Below, piece after piece: positions 25,537 through 31,984 of a stretch of DNA of 32,065 nt. Below the pieces are notes generated by a model. That model saw nothing but the letters and a program-made list of their open reading frames with translations. It was not told the origin of the DNA and did not search any database. How positions within the stretch are numbered: the stretch's first letter is position 1; each line of letters begins with the position of its first letter. Origin of the DNA: Ilumatobacteraceae bacterium (GTDB lineage Bacteria; Actinomycetota; Acidimicrobiia; Acidimicrobiales; Ilumatobacteraceae); contig JBBANV010000006.1 in the NCBI GenBank assembly GCA_040401775.1, positions 11,211 to 43,275 on the forward strand. The letters run 5' to 3'. The position numbers and the translations under genes are program-made.

Positions 25537-26465
25537 CAACCAAGTGTGATTCGTCCGTCGATGGTTACCTTCGACACTGGTGCACCAGTTGGCGCGAACG
25601 GTGTGATGGACATCGTCGTGCTGCGCGACTCGCCCGGAGCAAGATCGATGGCTTGACCACGGCGGCGAGCCTCGGCCAAACCGATTCCCGGCCATGTGCA
25701 GGCTGGTTCGATGGCCACCAACGATGCGCGCCCGTAAAACGGGAACCCTGTGCTGCCATTCTCGCGCCACAGCCACACGTGCGGAAAATCTCTCGCCTCC
25801 CATGCCATGGCAACTCCGATGTCCGAACGGCGAAGCGCAGCCCAGCCATGCTCGAGGTCGGTGATGAAGTGCACGCTTTCCTGCGGCGACTGGTCGTCGA
25901 CCACATCAAGACGCGTCGACCCGGCAAGCGGCCAGACTCCCAACGACGTACCTGATGCGTCGGCAACGTTCGTTGCGGGTAGGTCGATGAGATCACCATC
26001 TTGCGTACGGAATGCAGGATGCTCGCCCCAGATGAACGACGTGGATTCCGTCGACTGATTGTGGACCGTCGTGGCGATTTCTACTCGATCAGGATTCGTT
26101 CGAAGTGAAACTTCACGCGTCACGGTGATGGGCAACCGCGTTCCGGCGCGGACTCTGACCATCGACTCGGTTTGCGCCACCACATCCACGTGAGTTCTCG
26201 ACCACTCCCCGTGGAATGGAAGATTCACTCCGTCCACCTCACACTCGGGGCCGGCATTGGGTATCAGAAACTGCCATCCACCCCGATATTCCGAAAGCCA
26301 GTCATGTCGATGATTGCCATAGGCAGTACTCCTTCCAACGGCGACGGGACTGTCCCAGTCGTAATACGCAAGAAGCTCTGTGGCACCCAGAGAAATTTGT
26401 GTGATTTCGGCCCCCAGGTGCTCATTGATTCGAACCGTCAGGTGGTCGTTCTGCAGGGTGATCAC
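25536..26465 (-). CDS. Galactose-mutarotase-fold (aldose 1-epimerase-like) protein
   Basis: I chose the start at GTG 26465 (VITLQNDHLTVRINEHLGAEITQI...), preceded by AAAGG. The family has a beta-sandwich fold, with LPFHGEW and WGEHPAF motifs typical of the aldose-epimerase superfamily. The ORF-track ATG at 26582 would run through the GntR gene start. Confidence 0.7.
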   Translation of the reverse strand: MITLQNDHLTVRINEHLGAEITQISLGATELLAYYDWDSPVAVGRSTAYGNHRHDWLSEYRGGWQFLIPNAGPECEVDGVNLPFHGEWSRTHVDVVAQTESMVRVRAGTRLPITVTREVSLRTNPDRVEIATTVHNQSTESTSFIWGEHPAFRTQDGDLIDLPATNVADASGTSLGVWPLAGSTRLDVVDDQSPQESVHFITDLEHGWAALRRSDIGVAMAWEARDFPHVWLWRENGSTGFPFYGRASLVAIEPACTWPGIGLAEARRRGQAIDLAPGESRSTTMSITPFAPTGAPVSKVTIDGRITLG

Positions 26466-26505
26466 GGCCGAACCTTTACTGTGGCTTTGGAAATTGGATG
26501 GTCGA

Positions 26506-26517
26506 ATCGTATAGCAT
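26506..26517. promoter_or_regulatory. Dyad site G: ATCGTA|TAGCAT
   Basis: It lies between the mutarotase-like gene (-) and the GntR operon (+). The minus half TACGAT predicts a roughly 34-nt leader with an SD. The plus half TAGCAT ends 7 nt before GTG 26525, which is leaderless geometry. Confidence 0.5.
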
Positions 26518-26520
26518 CTG

Positions 26521-26536
26521 CCTCGTGCCAACGAGG
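26521..26536. promoter_or_regulatory. 16-bp palindrome CCTCGT-GCCA-ACGAGG overlapping the GntR start codon (candidate autoregulatory operator)
   Basis: Perfect 6-bp arms. The inner TCGT-N4-ACGA resembles the GntR-family TnGT..ACnA operator rule. It sits immediately downstream of the predicted -10 and covers GTG 26525. Confidence 0.4.
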
Positions 26537-27232
26537 GGTCGTTCAGCAGTAAAAGGAAGTTCCACCCGAACTCCACGATCAAACGACAGTTCCGTCGCCC
26601 ATGTCGTCGAGCACCTTCGCCACGGGATCATCACCGGTCGCTATCGACGCGACTCCAAGATTCTGCCGAAGCAGATTGCAGAACGCTGCGGGACGAGCTT
26701 CATTCCGGTACGAGAGGCACTACGAATTCTCGAGGCCGAGGGCTTCATTCTGTTCCGCCACAATCGTGGCGCATGGGTGACGCCCGTCTCACTTGCCGAC
26801 CTGGAGGATCTCTACGACGTGCGAATCGCCATGGAGGCTGACGCAGTTGCCAAGAGCAAGCCATTCAGCGACGAGGCTCTGCACGACTTGCAGGCCCTCA
26901 TCGAGAAAATGTCTCTTGCGTACACCGACGACGACTCGAGTCGCGTGGTGAAGCTCAATCGCGACTTCCACTTCCGTATCTACGGCAACTGTGGCTCCGA
27001 GCGTCGCATACGAATCATCCGCCAATTGTGGATGCACGCCGAGCGCTACCAGCAGCTCTCACTCGAGGTTCGACATGATGCGGCGGATGACGAGCACAAG
27101 GCAATCGTCAACGCGCTCTCCGCGCGTGATCACGAACTTGCTGCCGAAGCGTTGCGTACTCACCTCATCACTACGGTCAGCCTCTTGAAAGCCGACTGGC
27201 AGAGAGTTGAACCCTCCACCGGTCTCAACTGA
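26525..27232 (+). CDS. GntR-family transcriptional regulator, FadR subfamily (FCD C-terminal domain)
   Basis: The wHTH region reads ILPKQIAERCGTSFIPVREALRILEAEGFI. FCD-like motifs are DFHFRIYGNCGS and EHKAIVNALSARDHELAAEALRTHL. The start is either GTG 26525 (my choice) or ATG 26498 (ORF track). Confidence 0.8.
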   Translation: MPTRGRSAVKGSSTRTPRSNDSSVAHVVEHLRHGIITGRYRRDSKILPKQIAERCGTSFIPVREALRILEAEGFILFRHNRGAWVTPVSLADLEDLYDVRIAMEADAVAKSKPFSDEALHDLQALIEKMSLAYTDDDSSRVVKLNRDFHFRIYGNCGSERRIRIIRQLWMHAERYQQLSLEVRHDAADDEHKAIVNALSARDHELAAEALRTHLITTVSLLKADWQRVEPSTGLN

Positions 27233-27233
27233 C

Positions 27234-28655
27234 GTGTCCACGACAATCAACTCGGGTCCGGGCTCCCGCGAGGACAACGGACAGCGCGAAGCAGGATTGC
27301 TCCGACTCGAGGAGCGGTTTGGCAAGCAAGCAACTCGGGGGCGTGATGTGCTTGCCCAACACTCCCACGACGAGAGCTTTCATCTCCCCGGCGAGCCGGA
27401 CCTCGTCATATTTGCCGAATCAACCGAGGATGTTGCCGACTGTCTGGCAATCTGCTCGAGCCATCTCATTCCTGTCATCCCCTTCGGTGTGGGAACTTCT
27501 CTCGAAGGTCACGTCAACGCGATCCATGGTGGAGTCTCGCTCGATCTTTCCCGAATGAACAAGGTCCTGCGAGTCAGCAGTGACGACCTCGACTGCACGG
27601 TTCAAGCCGGAGTGCTTCGCAAGCAACTCGCCAAGGAACTCGTGCCCTACGGTTTGTTCTTCCCGGTTGATCCGGGTGCTGATGCAACCATCGGAGGGAT
27701 GGCTGCTACCGGTGCATCGGGTACCACGACGGTGAAGTACGGCGCCATGCGCGAATTGGTGCTCTCGATGAAAGTCGTGCTCCCGAACGGTGCCGTCATC
27801 GAAACGGGTCGTCGCGCACGCAAGACCTCTGCCGGCTACGACCTCACCCATCTTTTTCTGGGATCAGAGGGCACCCTCGGCGTCATCACCGAGGTGTCGC
27901 TGCGCTTGTTCGGAATTCCCGAAGCGACCGCAGCGGCAACGGTGCAGTTCGAGGATCTCCAGTCAGCCGTCTCGGCGGTCATCGCCATCATCCAATTGGG
28001 CATCGGGGTAGCGCGAATCGAGCTGCTCGACAAAGCCGCAGTGGCATCGGTAAACGCCTACTCGAAAACCACACTTTCCGAGCAAAACATGCTTCTGTTG
28101 GAATTTCACGGTTCCGATGAAGTCGTCAAACACGAGGCCAAGCTGGCTGGCGAGATCCTCGCAGACCACGGCGGAACGGGATTCACCTTCAGCACCGATC
28201 AAGCCGAGAGAACGGTGCTCTGGCAGGCGCGTCACGATGCGGCGTGGGCGATCCGTGCACAACGCCCTGGTGCCCAAATCTTCGTCACGGATGTGTGTGT
28301 TCCAATCTCACGCCTTGCGGATTGCATCACCCAAACCCATGCCGATATCGCGGCGTCCGGAATCTTCGGACCGATCATCGGTCATGTCGGCGATGGCAAC
28401 TTCCACGTCATCGTCGTCGTCACACCCGACGACGCCGAAGAGATGCACCGAGTCGAGTCGTTCAACGAACGCCTCATCTCACGTGCTCTGGAGATGGGCG
28501 GTACCTGCACCGGTGAACACGGAATCGGCGTAGGAAAGATTCCTTACCTCGTTCGTGAGCTTGGCAACGACGCAGTATCACTCATGCGCTCGATCAAGAA
28601 GGCGGTCGATCCACTCGGACTCATGAACCCCGGGAAAGTAGTCGCCGAAGCATGA
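27234..28655 (+). CDS. FAD-linked oxidase (GlcD / D-lactate dehydrogenase family)
   Basis: The FAD_binding_4-type N-domain reads PDLVIFAESTEDVADCLAICSSHLIPVIPFGVGTSLEGH. The C-terminal motif is GTCTGEHGIGVGK. The start is uncertain: GTG 27234 (1 nt after the GntR stop) or TTG 27207 (ORF track). Confidence 0.84.
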   Translation: MSTTINSGPGSREDNGQREAGLLRLEERFGKQATRGRDVLAQHSHDESFHLPGEPDLVIFAESTEDVADCLAICSSHLIPVIPFGVGTSLEGHVNAIHGGVSLDLSRMNKVLRVSSDDLDCTVQAGVLRKQLAKELVPYGLFFPVDPGADATIGGMAATGASGTTTVKYGAMRELVLSMKVVLPNGAVIETGRRARKTSAGYDLTHLFLGSEGTLGVITEVSLRLFGIPEATAAATVQFEDLQSAVSAVIAIIQLGIGVARIELLDKAAVASVNAYSKTTLSEQNMLLLEFHGSDEVVKHEAKLAGEILADHGGTGFTFSTDQAERTVLWQARHDAAWAIRAQRPGAQIFVTDVCVPISRLADCITQTHADIAASGIFGPIIGHVGDGNFHVIVVVTPDDAEEMHRVESFNERLISRALEMGGTCTGEHGIGVGKIPYLVRELGNDAVSLMRSIKKAVDPLGLMNPGKVVAEA

Positions 28656-29509
28656 GATTGGTTCGATTGGGTGAACGTGGCAGTGAAATTCCTGGCGTGC
28701 AATTGTCGAATTCATCGAGCGTGCTCGATGCCCGACCGGTTACCGCCGACTTCGATTCAGAGTTCTTCGCCAGCAATGGAATCGAGCGACTCCGTGCCGC
28801 AGTGAAGAATGGTGAACTCGCGCCGCTTCGTGACGCCGGAATGCGAATTGGTGCACCAATTGCCAAGCCCGAAAAAATCGTGTGCATCGGTCTCAATTAT
28901 CGCAATCACGCACTTGAGTCGAACATGGAGGTGCCCAAGGAGCCAATCATCTTCATGAAGGCACCCAACACGATCGTTGGTCCTCACGATGACGTTTGGA
29001 TCCCACGGCAGTCACAGAAGACCGACTGGGAGATTGAACTTGCCGTGGTCATGGGGTCGGTGGCGTCGTATCTCCCGAGTCCGGATGATGCACTGGCTTG
29101 TGTTGCTGGATATGCGATATCGAACGACGTGTCGGAACGAGAGTTCCAGCTCGAACGCGGTGGCCAATGGGACAAGGGGAAGTCCTGCGCCACGTTCAAT
29201 CCCCTTGGTCCATGGCTCGTCACTGCAGACGAAATTCCCGATCCTCAGCAACTCGACATGTTCCTCGAGGTCAATGGCCAACGCGTGCAAAAGGAAAGTA
29301 CTTCCGACATGATCTTTTCGGTACGTCACCTCATTTGGTACGTCAGCCAGTTCATGGTTCTTGAACCCGGCGATGTGATCAACACGGGCACGCCTGCCGG
29401 AGTCGGGCTCGGCTTGCGTCCACCCCGGTATCTCTCGGCAGGAGACGAAATGCGACTTGGAATCGACGGTCTTGGCGAACAACGTTCGCGCGCCATTGCC
29501 ACTCCTTAG
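28652..29509 (+). CDS. Fumarylacetoacetate hydrolase (FAH) family protein (2-keto-acid hydratase / diketo-acid hydrolase type)
   Basis: 285 aa. The ATG overlaps the upstream stop as ATGA. Motifs: KIVCIGLNY, EIELAVV, ISNDVSERE, PGDVINTGTPAGVG. Confidence 0.86.
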   Translation: MRLVRLGERGSEIPGVQLSNSSSVLDARPVTADFDSEFFASNGIERLRAAVKNGELAPLRDAGMRIGAPIAKPEKIVCIGLNYRNHALESNMEVPKEPIIFMKAPNTIVGPHDDVWIPRQSQKTDWEIELAVVMGSVASYLPSPDDALACVAGYAISNDVSEREFQLERGGQWDKGKSCATFNPLGPWLVTADEIPDPQQLDMFLEVNGQRVQKESTSDMIFSVRHLIWYVSQFMVLEPGDVINTGTPAGVGLGLRPPRYLSAGDEMRLGIDGLGEQRSRAIATP

Positions 29510-29518
29510 CAGTCGCTG

Positions 29519-30418
29519 ATGCCAGCTGACTCACCACAGGTGGAGACGATCTCTGCGCCGTCCCCCGGGCCGACGGTTGCGATCCTCGGCGGTGTACATG
29601 GGGATGAGTACGAGGGTGTGATCGCCGCACGATGGCTGCTCGCGCATCTGCGTTCAAGGCTCATCAAGGGAACGATTCGGGTGGCTGCCCCGGCACACCG
29701 GGCGGCATGGGAGACCACTACCCGCGAGAGTCCGATTGACGGAAAGAATCTTGCTCGCGTGTTTCCTGGATCTCCCGACGGCACCGCAACCGACATCGTT
29801 GCATACGAACTCACCGAGCGGGTCATCGCAGGTGCGGACCTGCTCATCGACCTTCATTCGGCTGGCACCAACTACGAAATGCCGTTTCTCTGTGGATTCC
29901 AGGACGACGGTGGGACCACCTCCAAGAAGTCTCAATACTTCGCCCAACTCTTTGGAGCAGACTTCACGTGGCGACATTCGGGACAACCGGCACCTGGGCG
30001 TTCCCTTTCGGTTGCCTACGACCTGAACATTCCTGCCATCTACACCGAAGGTGGGGGCGGGCGATCGGTGCGACATCGTGAATTGTTGGGCTACACGGAT
30101 GGGGTGCAGCGAGTACTGCAGTCACTGTCCATGGTGGAAACTGCGCCACCCGGCATCAACGTGAGCAGGCACGTGATCGGCGACGGGAACACCGACGCTG
30201 GCATCACGGCTCCAACTACGGGGTACCTGGTGATGCACGTGGAGACGGGTGAACGATGCGAGCAGAATCAAGTCCTTGCCGACATCATCGATCAGAACGG
30301 TGCACTGCTTTGTCGGATTGCTGCTCCGAACGACGGCTACCTCATGATGCGACGACGTGAAGCACGGGTCCTCGCCGGCGATACCGTGTTGATATTCGCA
30401 GCCAAAGACGAACGGTAA
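29519..30418 (+). CDS. AstE/AspA-family (succinylglutamate desuccinylase / aspartoacylase-like) zinc deacylase
   Basis: 299 aa. The Zn motif is GGVHGDEYEG, with DLHS downstream, as in the AstE_AspA family. Confidence 0.8.
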   Translation: MPADSPQVETISAPSPGPTVAILGGVHGDEYEGVIAARWLLAHLRSRLIKGTIRVAAPAHRAAWETTTRESPIDGKNLARVFPGSPDGTATDIVAYELTERVIAGADLLIDLHSAGTNYEMPFLCGFQDDGGTTSKKSQYFAQLFGADFTWRHSGQPAPGRSLSVAYDLNIPAIYTEGGGGRSVRHRELLGYTDGVQRVLQSLSMVETAPPGINVSRHVIGDGNTDAGITAPTTGYLVMHVETGERCEQNQVLADIIDQNGALLCRIAAPNDGYLMMRRREARVLAGDTVLIFAAKDER

Positions 30419-30420
30419 CG

Positions 30421-31443
30421 ATGCCGATGGTGTCGCTCGGCGAGGGGAACACCCCGCTTCTTTCGCTCACCTCCGTTGCCCGGTCACTCGGTCTCAACGA
30501 GGTGTTCGGCAAGGCGGAATGGATGAATCCCACGGGTTCCTACAAGGACCGTATCGCTGCAGCAACCATCAACGATGCGATTCGTCGTTCGCGACGTGGC
30601 TGGATCGGCACCTCTTCGGGCAATGGTGGTGCGTCGATGTCGGCCTACGGGGCCAAGGCAGGACTTCCCGGTTACCTGTGCATCGCTGCTGATGCGCCCG
30701 CCGAAAAGATTCGTTCCATCATTCCCTACGGCGCAACTCTCCTACCGATGTCCCAGCTCGGCATCACGGAGATGGATGCCATCGGTCAATTGGCTGATGA
30801 ATTCGAATTGAAACTCTCCGTCACTGCATATCGCTACAACCCGGAGGGAATGTTGGGGGCCGAAGCCATTGGTGCGGAACTCCGCGCCCAGGGGGATTTC
30901 ACGCACGTCTATGTTCCAACTGGTGGCGGTGGACTGCTCGTGGCCGTGGCGCGCGGTATAGGACCTGCATCGTCGGCACGTGTCATCTGCGCACAGCCTG
31001 CGGGTTGCAACCCGATCGTTCGTTTCTTGGACCACGAAATCGGAGCACCACGCATCGAGTCGTGCTCGTCGACGATTTCAGGATTGCAACTTCCCACGCC
31101 TCCCGACGGCGACATTGCTGCAGCGGCCGTAGTCGAGTCGAAGGGCTGGGGGTGCTCGGTGAGCGACGAAGATGCCTGGTCAATGCAGGACTTCCTCGCC
31201 ACAAATGAAGGGGTCTTCGTCGAACCGGCGTCAGCACTGGCAGTTGCGGCCTTGGCGAATGACGTTCGGAGCGGGCGCTTGCCTGCGTCGGCTCGTCCGA
31301 TTGTCATTCTGACTGGAAGCGGACTGAAGGACCTACGTCGATTCTCCTCGAGCGGACCACTCTCGGATCGAACGTTCACGATTGCCGATCTTCGGCGGCG
31401 GCTGGAAACGAGCGGCGTGAACGTACCACCCTCCATGCAATGA
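30421..31443 (+). CDS. Threonine-synthase-like fold-type-II PLP enzyme
   Basis: 340 aa. LGEGNTPLL and NPTGSYKDR (PLP lysine) plus SSGNGGAS resemble ThrC/TrpB-fold enzymes. It starts 2 nt after the deacylase stop. Its last 68 nt overlap the convergent SWEET-like gene. Confidence 0.78.
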   Translation: MPMVSLGEGNTPLLSLTSVARSLGLNEVFGKAEWMNPTGSYKDRIAAATINDAIRRSRRGWIGTSSGNGGASMSAYGAKAGLPGYLCIAADAPAEKIRSIIPYGATLLPMSQLGITEMDAIGQLADEFELKLSVTAYRYNPEGMLGAEAIGAELRAQGDFTHVYVPTGGGGLLVAVARGIGPASSARVICAQPAGCNPIVRFLDHEIGAPRIESCSSTISGLQLPTPPDGDIAAAAVVESKGWGCSVSDEDAWSMQDFLATNEGVFVEPASALAVAALANDVRSGRLPASARPIVILTGSGLKDLRRFSSSGPLSDRTFTIADLRRRLETSGVNVPPSMQ

Positions 31444-31984
31444 TGACACCACACGGCAACAGGATTGCATTGGGGTAGATGTAGAGCCACTCCTCCACCT
31501 CGATGCCGTACACCACCCAGAAGCCACATTGAACGGAGAAGAGGAGGTTCGACCACACCGATACGCCGTACAACTCTTGAGTTCGAATCGCCTTCCAGAG
31601 CTGCGGTAGGAACATCGGGGTTGAAACCACGAGTCCGGTGACTCCCACAACGTATGGCGAGATGTAGTTCATGACGATGCAATAAGCGACCGTGGCTGCG
31701 AACATCGACACTGCGATGTAGGGGTTCACCGCCTTCATCCGCGCCATCCGAATTGCAATCAAGATGAATGCGAATCCGACATTGGTGTTTGCAAACACCG
31801 CAAGGGTCCTACCGGTCGAGTACCCGAACACCGTCCAAAACACGGGGTTGATCAAACCAATCAGCACCGTAGTTGCAGAAAGCCCTTCGACAGAGTGGCG
31901 GCGATAGATCCGGAATACCTGTGGCCAAATGAATGCCATTCCACATGCGGTGGCTATCAGTCCAGAGATTGACTCGAGGGTCAC
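31376..31984 (-). CDS. 7-TM double PQ-loop (SWEET/SemiSWEET-like) membrane transporter, paralog 2
   Basis: 202 aa with a GTG start at 31984. The motifs FIWPQVFRIYRRHSVEGLS and FLPQLWKAIRTQELYGVS are present. It aligns gap-free with the ORF at 1868..2467, at about 40% identity by eye. Confidence 0.8.
   Translation of the reverse strand: MTLESISGLIATACGMAFIWPQVFRIYRRHSVEGLSATTVLIGLINPVFWTVFGYSTGRTLAVFANTNVGFAFILIAIRMARMKAVNPYIAVSMFAATVAYCIVMNYISPYVVGVTGLVVSTPMFLPQLWKAIRTQELYGVSVWSNLLFSVQCGFWVVYGIEVEEWLYIYPNAILLPCGVIIAWRVVRSRRSFPAAAEDRQS

Noticed and set aside
24295-25803. Long 5' extensions in the ORF track: the PLP enzyme to 25803, MlrC-1 to 7265, the SBP from 8744, RidA to 18821, the mutarotase-like gene to 26582, and ABC ATPase-2 from 13304.
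   Set aside because: The extensions overlap the upstream gene or run through promoter dyads. They are compositionally odd. In each case an internal start with an SD or a 4-nt coupling overlap coincides with the conserved family N-terminus.
1868-31984. The idea that the block is a mobile genomic island or composite transposon bounded by the SWEET-like genes.
   Set aside because: No integrase, transposase, tRNA or att-like site is present, and I saw no DNA-level terminal repeats. The paralogs are only about 40% identical at the protein level, so they are not recent repeats.
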